Below are positions 14,323 through 25,127 of a stretch of DNA of 64,000 nt, piece after piece; position 1 is the stretch's first letter; each line of letters begins with the position of its first letter. The DNA comes from Psilocybe cubensis (taxonomy: Eukaryota). The translations under genes were made by a program, and so were the position numbers. Below the pieces are notes generated by a model. That model made no database searches. It saw only the letters and a list, made by a program, of their open reading frames with translations, and was not told where the DNA came from. The DNA lies in NCBI GenBank assembly GCA_017499595.2, contig CM039001.1:868001-932000 (forward strand). Reading direction: 5' to 3'.

Positions 14323-14443
14323 CTGCTTCTTCTTCTTCCCTGGAGAGAACCTCTGGAGATGCAGACATGCAGAGACCGAGTTTATTGTGGCCCTTCATCG
14401 GATGCTTGCAAGAGCGACATCGAGGAGCCTTTCGCGAGGACAT
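13175..14443 (-). CDS. Uncharacterised intronless protein: N-terminal CxxC-GH-C zinc-knuckle, poly-Q/disordered middle, C-terminal transmembrane tail
   Basis: Long ORF with ATG at 14443 (MSSRKAPRCRSCKHPMKGHNKLGLC), a poly-Q/QA tract and a hydrophobic end MMVLGLVVVVGSAVSMMLVMYVGLRSLRSIL*. Confidence 0.8.
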
Positions 14444-15209
14444 TGCTAGTAAATCGGCAGAAAGACTAGTTGGGAGTTGACTGGAGAGGAATAAGGAACG
14501 GTGAATGCTAACAAATTGCAAATTGCCTCCTTGGATGTTATCGCCTTTTGCAGTCTCCCTTCATATCATCAATCTTTCACCTCTGTTGTAATATTATTAC
14601 TTGTCCTCCTCGCTGTTGGCATTGTTACCACAAAAGCGTCTCCATCCTCTTTTTTATTTTTTTTATCAAGGCTCTTTGTCTTTACAGGCATCGATAGCCA
14701 CAGGACGGCAAACAGATGCAGACAAATTAAGCCTTCACACGGGGGGCCACCTTCTAATTCATCTCCTGTCGAGCTCTCCACACACCATCATCAACGACTC
14801 GTCGGGTGTGCGCTCGACTCGACGCCCGCGAGCCCTCTGCCCACCCAGGCCAGGCGCACTCGATGTGCACGCTTTGACTTGTGTTATTATCGCCCTAAAT
14901 AGGCGGACAATGCGGGAAAACAAACTCGATCCCCTTTCGATATATATCCCCGTGCAGCTCTGTGCGAGCCTGAGAATTACAGTCTCGATCAAGCCAGAAT
15001 TCACACTGAGTAGCTGTGTCTTTAGCAGTAGAGCTTGAAGCAATACTATCGAGGATCAGTTTAGCACTGTAGATCCAAGTTGGCATCTGTGGTGGAGATA
15101 ATGATAGTAGACGATGGATGACATAACCCGTTCCAGACAAAAATAGTTCCGAAAACGGACACTGTGTTTCCCGAAACTTGCGTTCCACCACAACTCGTCC
15201 ATACAAAAT

Positions 15210-15862
15210 ATGTCGCAATACATCGACAGAAAAGAGGCCATGAAGTCCTACAGGCCCAAAGCAGGCGTAAGTCTCTTCATCCTCAACCATACCATGCCAT
15301 ATCCTAACTCACATCCCACTGTCCATGCGCACAGACAATGTCTCCCGGGCTCAAACGCGCACGCGAGCCCTACCGCGTCAAAAACGCCATCCTAGGCCTC
15401 TTCCTCGCCGCATTCTCAGTCGGCGTCTGGGCCTACTCCATCAGCGCCGTCAAACAGGACGTCTTTGACGATATCGACGAAGAGGCCGACGCGCTCGGGG
15501 CGACGGGGACAGGGACGGGGCTCGGTGTTGCGGTGTTGGCAAAGGCTACTGAGGGCAAGCATGCGGGTGCGGGTGCGGGTGCGGGTGCGGGTACCAGTAC
15601 AAGTGTTGATGCGAATGCGAATGCGAGTGTGAATGTGACGGGGACAGCCTCACCGACGTTCGCTGCGTCCCACGCAACATCTCCGCTACCGAACCCAGCC
15701 GCGTCGACAGTGCTCAGCGAAGTGTCCAAGTCCAAATCGAAAGGCCTGCTCACGCACCTCGACAGCCGACTACCCTGGCTGCTCGATCCGCAAAGCAAGA
15801 CGCTAGTATGGGGCGCGCCGCCCGTTGACAATGTGGGCAAGATGGTGTGGCGGTCGTCATGA
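15210..15862 (+). CDS. COA3: Cytochrome c oxidase assembly factor Coa3 family protein
   Basis: MSPGLKRAREPYRVKNAILGLFLAAFSVGVWAYSISAVKQDVFDD matches the Coa3/CCDC56 pattern. Exon 1 is 15210-15266, and intron 15267-15334 (GTAAGT...CAG) keeps the frame. Confidence 0.85.
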
Positions 15863-16318
15863 GTTGAGTCGAGTCGAGCGAACTAGTTGAATCAGGTGTC
15901 GAGTGACGGCTTGGATGGTGTGGTTGGTGGTGGAATGTGTGCTATAGATCCAAAAATAATCATGTACGAAAACATCGCTTTCATTTGCTCTCCTCTCCAT
16001 TACACCTGTTCATTCCTTACACTCGCACCAAAACAAACTTGAAAAAAAGAGAGAGAAAAAAAAACGATAGCATATTGCAACGACGAGGATAACAACGACA
16101 GCAAAAGAAAGAAAGAGAGAGAGACATAACCAACAAAGCAATAACTATATAGAAACACAGACAGCAGACCCAAAGTTCCCCACATACACTCCTAGAAAAG
16201 AGAAAGGAAAGAGAAAGAGAGACATAGACAGCAAAGCAAAGCAAAGCAAAGCAGACAGCGATCATCGATCCACCCCTCCTTCCTCTTTTCCAGGTAAACT
16301 CATATCTCGCATCTTGCA

Positions 16319-18549
16319 TCAACCAAGCCCCCAAATCCCCGCCTTCCGCACGCCCTCCACAAGCGCATCCACATTCCCCAACATCGTACCCAAAAGCTCC
16401 TTCTTCTCCTCCGTCGTCTTCCAACACCCGCCCTCCTGCTCGCGCCGCTTTTTCTCCTTCTCAACGGCGGTGGTGGTAAGACCAAGTGAAAGTTCCAGCT
16501 CCTTCTCCCTCTCCTTTTCAAGCTCATTTTGCCTACGTGCGATCACATCCTCTGAATAATGCTTCCCGAGCCCCGCAGCGCTCGACTGGTGCCTATGATG
16601 CCCATGTGTATACGCGCGCGCATTAGGCAACGGCGGCAAAGGCGGCGGCGTCCCCATCCCCATCCCACTCTCATCCCCACTTCTCCTTGAACGCATCTGC
16701 AAACTCGCACTCGCCGACAAACTCTTCTTGTGCCCACCCACAGTCGTCTTCGCCGTGGGCGTTGACACAAGCGCAGGCTGTGGCACCGGCGACGAGGACG
16801 ACGGTGCATTAGGCTTCGTCGGGCTAAGCGGCACATAGTCCACCTCCTTCCTCAACATCATCATGCTCCGTAGCTGCGGGAACCTGCCCCCAGCAGACGG
16901 AGATGCAGACGCCGACGCCGACGCAGATCCAGGTGAATCGGACAAAGGAGGCGACGTCGGTGGGGACGTGCTCCCCATCGCACTCTGCCTGTTCGTAATA
17001 GGCGTCAACATCCTCTTCGCAGACACCAACTTCGGCAGCAGCGCCGACCCCGACGTGGGCGAGGACGAGGACGACGAAGACACTTTCACGGGCGACGCGG
17101 CTTTGGATCTATGCGCGTGTGCCTTGCTAGGCGACGTGCCAAGCATCGACGACGCGTTCGTCGACGCCGACATGCTAGATGAGAACGAATGGTTCGAGCT
17201 CGAGCTGCCCGACGTCGAGCGGGACGCCGCAGACGAATTGGACGACGCGGACGTCGAGAGCGCAGCCGTCCCCCCCGTCTTGGCTGCATCCACATCCACA
17301 TGAGTCCCCGAAGGCGTCGGCGATGACGTAGCCGCAGACGACGTCGAAGTTGAGGGGAAGATCGACGAGCCGAAGCGAGAAGAGTTGGATGCGGAGGGCC
17401 GCATGGGCGTCGCGTTGAGATAGGGCTTGGGCTTGGGTTTTGCTGACCCTACTCCGGACGACGCGGACCCTGGCGGGCTGGCCAAGGAGCGTGCTGGCGT
17501 GGCGGGGGCTGTGGGCGGTGGCGTGGGCTGGGTCGATGTGAGCGACTCAAGCGACGGTGTCTCATCGAGGAGGTAGAAGTATAGGAATTCAAGGCATTTC
17601 ATGCTAGCAAAGTTATGAGTATAGGCGCAGATAGAGTGTATATGACAGCTAATCAGAAGCGTACCGGACTTCGCGCGGTGTGCCTGCGCGTTTGAGAATT
17701 TTGACGATTGATTGGACACCGTTGGCTTCTTCGAATGCGCGCAGGGCTTTCGAGGAGTCGACGAGGATGCATAGGAGCGTGTCGAGGACGATTGACGTCA
17801 GTGGGGGAGTTGTGCTTGGCATCGCTTGGGTTGGAGCCGGAGAGTCTGATGACGATGACGACGATGAAGATGAATTGACATGACGCGAGGCGAGGAGGAG
17901 GTCTAGCAGAATCTAGGACACGCGCTATGTGAGCTGGGAGAACCGCGAATGGAACGTGTGAGTGCCTCACCTCGAGAGCTGAGCGTCTGCCAAGATAGTG
18001 CTTGCTTGCCTCGTGGTTCAACACGACGCCCTGTATCAGCGAGAGCGATAGGGAAAGTTGGGCGACGAGTTCCTCTGCTTCTGAGGCACGGTTGTCTTTA
18101 CGGCGGCTGGTCAGTAGTCGGATGTAGAACATCAAAGTGGCACGCACCATCCGCCGACGACTTGCTCAACAAGGCCTCCAAACGCGCAGTCGCGGTGACT
18201 ATCCACGGCAAAAGATGCGAGGGTACTGCACGGCTGTTACACGAGGACAAAGATGCACGATGCATGCGACTCACTATTGCATTCAAAGGTATACTGCAGG
18301 GCCATGAACGCATCCTTGGCCTGCGCGTCGTTGGCGGTGTCGAAGCACGCCTGGGCGAGCTCTCGTTCGAGGCTCTGGAGGGCTTTCATCTTGGATTTAA
18401 GAGTGGAGCGCGAGGAGGCGAGCTATATGCGGATCGGATGAGCTATCTATCTACTCGGCGCTGGGGCAAAAGATGAACAAGGACCATACCTCGTCGAGGG
18501 CGCGCTGTAGACGGTCGCGCATGGGGTCGATAAGCTCTGCGAGTTGCAT
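16319..18549 (-). CDS. cdc14: Septation initiation network protein Cdc14 (S. pombe-type, not the phosphatase)
   Basis: Spliced product contains LIQGVVLNHEASKHYLGRR, LDTLLCILVDSSKALRAFEEANGVQSIVKILKRAGTPREVRMKCLEFLYFYLLDET and C-terminal KTTEEKKELLGTMLGNVDALVE. Large Ser/Pro-rich insertion. ATG at 18549 or 18522. Confidence 0.8.
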
Positions 18550-19023
18550 AGCGGAGAAAACGGGGGGACGGCAGAGGCAGACAGCGGGGAGGACTGGGAG
18601 GGATATGGGGGCAGGAAGGAGGACTAGAAGAGGCGTGAAGAATGTTTGCGCATTCTTCTATTTCTGGTTGGATTTGAAACGCGTTATTGTTGTTCAAAGG
18701 TGCACTCCCTCACGTGATCGAGTCAATCCCTTCTTTGTATTTGATTTTCAGCTGCCAACTCCGACGCTCATTTTGTCTTTCGGCCTCGCTGCCTGTCCTC
18801 CCCATCGTCAAATTCGCGCCTTGTTCCTGTCTGAGCACGCCTTGTCGTCGCTCTCAGCGATGGTCACCCATCCACGAGGCATTTTTCCTCTCACGACTAC
18901 CCGGCAACGGCAACGGGGCACGCCCAAGATAGGACTTGAACGGTCCGCCGCGGGCTAAATCTTATCTCCCTCTTTCTCTTTCTCTTAACACCACCAGCAT
19001 CCCGATTTTCAGACCCGTCCGCA

Positions 19024-20375
19024 ATGTCGCCCATCAGAACGGTGAGCAGCATGTTGGCCAGCGCCGCAAATTTCTAATTTGTATTCGTGCATAGCAATGG
19101 TCCCGTCTCATCCGTTTCGTCGCTGTAGAGACGTCCCGAGTGCACATCGGAGAACCGGTAGATGCTGGGCTAGATGGTACGCCCCGTGTACTTTATTGCA
19201 AATTCACCCTTTCCTCTGACGTACTAGCAAATTTGCAGTCGGCCTCGCTGCGTTGGAAGGGAGCACGATCAAAGCCCGTGAAATCATTGGTTCCGCGCTC
19301 GATCCAGCAGCCTCGGTCTCGAACAATGTTCTCACTGTGTCCAAGCTTCTCGCCCCGCTTTCCAACGAAGAGATCAAGGTCGTTCGCTGCTTGGGTCTGA
19401 ACTACTCTGACCATGCCGTACGTTCCATCTCTCCCTTTCCGACCACCCAATCTAAACTGACTCTGCTGTTTAATAGGCTGAAGCCAAAATGGCCAAACCT
19501 GCGTGCGTAATACCCAGCAATTCCTTCATTTCCAATTAATATCATCATCGTTAATCTCGTGCCGGCCTCTTCTACAGCTTCCCGATCTTATTCTATAAAC
19601 CCGTCACAGCCCTCGTCGGGCCCCTGGCTCAAGTGATCATCCCCCGCGTTTCACAGCCACCCAAAGACATTCTTCCAGATTACGAAGCAGAGCTCGTCAT
19701 CGTCATCGGAAAGGCCGCCAAAAACGTCCCGGAGGATAAAGCGCTCGATTACGTCCTCGGCTACACAGGCGCTAATGATGTCAGTGTGTCTGGGCACCGA
19801 CGCAAATATTCATTACTGACTTGTCTTGGCTTGCTTGTAGGTGTCGTTCCGCAAACACCAGCTTGCTGTCTCCCAATGGGGCTTCTCCAAGAGCTTTGGT
19901 GGGTCGTCTTTCTCCTTTTCAGCCATACTCTAGGCTAACCGTAATTTGGCAGACAACACCAACCCACTTGGCCCCTGCCTTGTCTCTAGCAAAATCATCA
20001 CCGACCCACAAAACGTGCTCCTCAAGTGCACCGTAAACGGACAGGTCCTCCAAGACGGCACCACCGCGTACGCCTTCTCCCCTTCTTCCCAATTCCGCCT
20101 CTAATTCCCACTGACCCATCATATCCCATTCATCCAGCGAACAAATTTTCACCGTCCGCCAAACAGTTGCCTTCCTCTCACAAGGCACTACCCTCGTGCC
20201 CGGCAGCATCATTCTGACAGGCACGCCCAAGGGCGTCGGCTTCGTCCGCAACCCGCCCGTGTACATCAAGGGAGGCGACAAAATGAGCGTGTGGCTTGGG
20301 AACGGAATTGGCACGCTCGCGAATGATGTCGTTGAAGAGAAGCCTGCGACTGGGAATTTGTTGGCGAGGTTGTAA
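19024..20375 (+). CDS. Fumarylacetoacetate hydrolase (FAH) family protein, FAHD-like
   Basis: VRCLGLNYSDHA, PILFYKP, PDYEAELVIVIGK, YVLGYTGANDVS, QWGFSKSFD, TLVPGSIILTGTPKGVG. Multiple short GT-AG introns. Confidence 0.92.
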
Positions 20376-20705
20376 ATAACAACGAAAGGAAACGAAAGGA
20401 AGAGAGGATCTAGATGGATGTGGTTTACTTGTATGTGTGAATTGGCATCATCTGTTTCTACCTTTTTTTTATTTGGACAAGGGTGTCCTAATGCATCCTT
20501 ATGGAGAATGATGTTTTATGATATTCAAGTTAAATGCTAGCGCAGATTATATGTATAGATGGCAGAACCTTTTATCCTGCTTTTATGGTCCATCCCGTTG
20601 CAGCTTGTAACAAAAGGGTAACACTTTACAGAACGACTAGGAATGTCCAGGTTTTTGAGAGATACAAGTACATACACACATACATACAACACTTCAAAGC
20701 CACCC

Positions 20706-23108
20706 TCAAGCACCCAACCCGCCAAACACAATCAACTTGGTATTCAAATACTCCTCAATCCCATGCCCGCCCTCTCTGCCCAGCCCGCTCTCCTTGATCC
20801 CGCCGAACGGAATCACAGCCTGACTGATAATCCCCGTGTTCGCACCGACCATGCCCACCTCAAGCCGCTCCGCCACGCGCCACACCCGCCCGACATCGCG
20901 CGAGAAAAAGTACCCCGCGAGCCCGACGTCCGTCGCGTTCGCGAGGCGGATGACCTCCTCCTCCGTCTCGAAGCTGCATAGCGCCGCGACGGGCCCGAAC
21001 GTCTCTTCTGTGTTGATCAGCGCGTCTGTTGGTACGTCCGAGAGCACGGTTGGGAGGAAGAATGTGTTGGGCCCTGAGGTGTCGGAGGAGGAGGGGGCGA
21101 GGACTTTGCCGCCTACGAGGACCTGTGCGCCTTTTTGTACCGCGTCGTTGACGTGCCGCTCGACTTTCTCGACGGCGCGCGCGTGGATTAGAGGTCCATG
21201 AGTTCTAGAATATCCAATTATACGAATTGACTTTATGAGAGAGGGATGAAGGACTTACACTCCCTCTTCGAGCCCGTTGCCCACTTTGAACTTGGCCACG
21301 CGGTCGGCGAGACGCGATGCAAAGTCGGCGTAGACAGAAGAGTGTACATAGATGCGGTTAGCGCAGACGCATGTTTGCCCGCTGCCTCTGAATTTGCAGA
21401 GGATGGCGGCTAGATTTTAACTAGGTTAGTAAAATATAAACTTTATCTTGCAAAATACAAACCTTCTACGGCTTCATCGATATTCGCATCGTCGAAAACG
21501 ATGAATGGCGCGTTTCCACCGGCTTCCAGCGAGACTCTACATGGTATAGAGGGTGAATACTAGAACTATGACGCGAATACACGCGTGCAAAAACTTACTT
21601 TTTCAATGTGGTCGAAGCCAAACCCGCGAGCAACTTTGCAACAGGCGTAGACCCGGTGAAGCTTACCTTCTTCACCGCCTTGTTCTCGCACATCTCTTTG
21701 CCGACTTCGATGACGTTCTTCTGCGTAGTGACGATGTTGATGACACCATCTGGAATCCCAGCCCTCTTTGAAAGCTATTGTAATCCAGTAAGTTAAACGG
21801 TTGTCAAGAACGCGTACAAGGCATTTACCTCAGCGAGTGCCAGAGCAGAGAAGGGTGTCTCGGGAGGGGGCTTGATGACTGCTGTACAGCCTGCAGCTAA
21901 TGCCGCACCTAATTTGCGGGTAATCATGGCCGACGGGAAGTTCCATGGGGTAAGAATCGACCTAGGTACTCGTCAAGACGGCGAATTGCATTCAAGTGAG
22001 CTAAAACATACACAACACCTAAAAGACATCAGAATGATTTTTGTATGGGAGTTGAAGACGCGTACCAATTGGCTGCTTGATTACTATATTGCGGTTTCCA
22101 GGTGTAGCTGCGGGTATTTGTTCTGTTTGAAGTGGATGAGAAGTTGGACTATCCAAATAATATTGAGCACCAACCTCCGTATGTACGGACGGCCTCCTCA
22201 GCTATTGCGGGAATCAGTATTGGAGATTTGTTTATTTTAGCCAGAAATAGTTATTTACCAAACCACTGGGATGTTTTGAGTAAGAAGACACGCGATCATG
22301 TTGAGAAATAAGCTCACCTCAAAGAAAGAGGCACTGTAGGTATTTTCGCCCTAACGTATGTAAGTCCTGACGCGTCTATTTGGAGAAGTGGATTATTTTT
22401 ACCTTCCCCTCTGCGAGAGTTTTGCCATTCTCAACGGTCTGGTGGAACGCGCCCTTAGTTACTCTCATGCATGACGTCAAAGTTATGGAAAGCGTACAAT
22501 CAGACGGCCGAGATCATCGTGGTGCTCCTGCATGAGTGCAAACAGCTTGAGGAGGAGATCATGGCGGTACTATTAAAATGAGGGAATGTGTTAACAATTC
22601 TCGAGTGAAGAACGATAGGTGAAGGATGCGTGCTTTGGCTGTGGTCCTGCTCCAGGATGGGAACGCTTTGGCTGCAGCTTCAATGGCTTCCTTGGTTTCG
22701 GCCAAGCCCATTTCCGGTACTGTCCCAAGCTCCTCATTGGTAGCAGGGTCTGAAGGGTATCCCTCAGTACTATGCACCTCCTGGAGTGCGACGGACTAGA
22801 AGGATGCGTGAACTCACTCGTAACAGTGATAGTATCCCCACTTTTTGCATTTACCCACTTTCCGTCGATCAAGGCTTGAAATTTAATCAAGCTGGGGTCT
22901 TTCAGGCCGAACTGGATACCAAAACACGAGCCATCAGTCGCCCGTGTTCAAAACGATAGCAGGCAAGTAGCAGACGAACCACTGATGGTTGTGAGCTTGC
23001 CATTCTTTGTAAACGGAGTTGGTAAAGATTGATGAGTTGCCCTGAAGCTACCAGAGACCGCCTCTGGAGAGGGTGCGAAGCAGAACGTAGAGGAATTGGC
23101 AAACGCAT
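20706..23108 (-). CDS. UGA2: Succinate-semialdehyde dehydrogenase (ALDH family), probable mitochondrial presequence
   Basis: [95 protein letters not shown]. Arg/Ser/Leu-rich N-terminus and many introns. Confidence 0.92.
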
Positions 23109-23914
23109 CCGGGCCAACTGATATTCTGAGCCGGGGCTCGTGAGGCAATTCAAAGGGCATTGAGACGTTCAGGAGGTTTGGGAATCAGTTCGGGTGCAAT
23201 ACCCGGCTATCGCGGCCCGCCATTCATTGAACTTTGAAAAAGTGTTGAAAGCGAACCAAACACGTTGCTTCAACTCAAACTACTTCATGCCGTGACAAAA
23301 TACTCAGAAACGGTCTCTAATAAACGCAAAGGAACGGGCAAATATTTGATACCATCCATTCGAGACCTTTTCAACGCTCCGCACTGCGGAACTTGCCTTA
23401 TAGGCGCCCTGAAGGTTGCTATTTTGTATATAACTTTATAGTTGTATATATGAACCGCTTTAATATGGCCATTGGAAGCACTATCCGGGGGGAAGGATGA
23501 TTTTTGAACATCTAGCTAGTAGCCTCCAATAAGCAAAGACTGAGTACTAATAGTTCGAGTCGGCGTAGCAGCGAGATTGAACCCACATTATTGATAATGT
23601 CCTTGGATAGATTGATTCCGAAAAGATTTAGTTGAATTGGACGAAATAAGCATTGAAAAAACCAAGCAACTTGAATTGAACTGGAAGAATTTCTAAGTGA
23701 TGTTCTATTTTTGGAATTTGGATCCATACGCAATCAACTTTGATTGGTCAGCATGGCGGAGACACTCAATCCAAACATTGAAAGTAAACAAACACTTGCA
23801 CGGCTTTGGATTGCACGCGCGCGTCCAACAGTTACAAATTACAACAGTCGAAGTTGATTTACTCAGCTTCAGGACCAACTTCTTGCATTGCTCGACGTCA
23901 TGGCCGGCGTTGGA

Positions 23915-24931
23915 ATGCAAAGGATCTTCATTTCGTCTTCGAAGCGGCTCTTTTTTCAGCATTCTTCAGTCACAAGTTGGCGCCTCAACGCCCATGTAGG
24001 TCGCCGTATTCTAGCAACCGCGACATATAACACCTCTGTGCCGCCACCCTCGCCAGCAGCATCTTCCTCTACCACAACTCCATCCTCTCCCACTCCTGCG
24101 CAAGCTGAAACACCTTACTTTCCTGATGTTAACGCGCCGGACGGGTCAACAGATTGGTCGAAGAGCTATTCTGGTTTGGGGGTTCAACCATTCCCAAAGG
24201 AGGCCGCGAAGATATTGCAGGCCCCTCTTGATCCCATGGACATCGAAATGAAGCCTGGTAAGCAATGTCATTCTTTGGTTTGATACACGGGATACGGGTT
24301 GGCTTACAATGCTGCTGCTATGTCTTCGCTTCAGATGGATTAATTTACCTCCCTGAAATTAAGTATCGCAGAATCTTGAACCAGGCTTTTGGACCGGGTG
24401 GATGGGGGCTTGCACCACGCAGTGAAACGAATGTTGGTCCGAAAATTGTCAGTCGAGAATACGGACTCGTTTGTCTTGGTCGGTTCGTAACTATGCCATA
24501 CCTCTTCAGGATTGTTGAATATCAACTGATACTTCGAAAAATTCTCTTTGTTAATAGGCTAGTTGCAATAGCGAGAGGAGAGCAGGAGTATTTTGACCCT
24601 TCTGGAGTATCTACAGCGTTAGAGGGATGCAAGAGCAATGCCCTTATGCGATGTTGTAAAGACTTGGGCATTGCCAGTGAGCTGTGGTATGTCCACTTTG
24701 CCTGCGTTGTATTTGCATTCAATTTTGATGGGTCGATCAGGGATCCCAGGTTCATCCGCGAATTCAAGGCAAAATTCTGCGTAGAAGTATTCGCTGAACA
24801 TCTGCCTACCAAGAAAAAGTAAGTCGTCGACTTTGTAACTTGTATCTTTTAAAGCAGCTCATTTTCTTCCCAGGAAGAAACTCTGGCGTCGCAAGGACCA
24901 ACCTAAGTTCGGATACCCTTATCAGGAGTAA
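23915..24931 (+). CDS. MGM101: Mitochondrial genome maintenance protein Mgm101 (Rad52-like)
   Basis: [81 protein letters not shown]-terminal presequence-like segment. Confidence 0.95.
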
Positions 24932-25060
24932 AGACCTACATTATCACCCTTATTTCATAGTTGTTATAATCTATGTTCTTGTATTCTTTGACACCATATT
25001 CATTGTATTTTGAAAAATACGATACCACTTAGATGGATATGGCAGCCGCGCGTCAGTCAC

Positions 25061-25068
25061 ATCACGTG
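25061..25068. promoter_or_regulatory. ATCACGTG E-box (bHLH site) upstream of the GCP5-like gene
   Basis: About 60 bp upstream of the ATG at 25128. The same 8-mer recurs in four other 5' intergenic regions (18711, 29507, 45217, 54845). Confidence 0.5.
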
Positions 25069-25127
25069 ACCCGTTATGCCCCATTCAATTCTCCACTCAG
25101 ACTGGCCAGTGTCATTTCTAGATTGTC

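Noticed and set aside
13110-14480. Many overlapping ORFs including poly-Cys and poly-Leu peptides
   Set aside because: Alternative frames and antisense of the GC-rich poly-Q gene; stop codons are depleted by composition.
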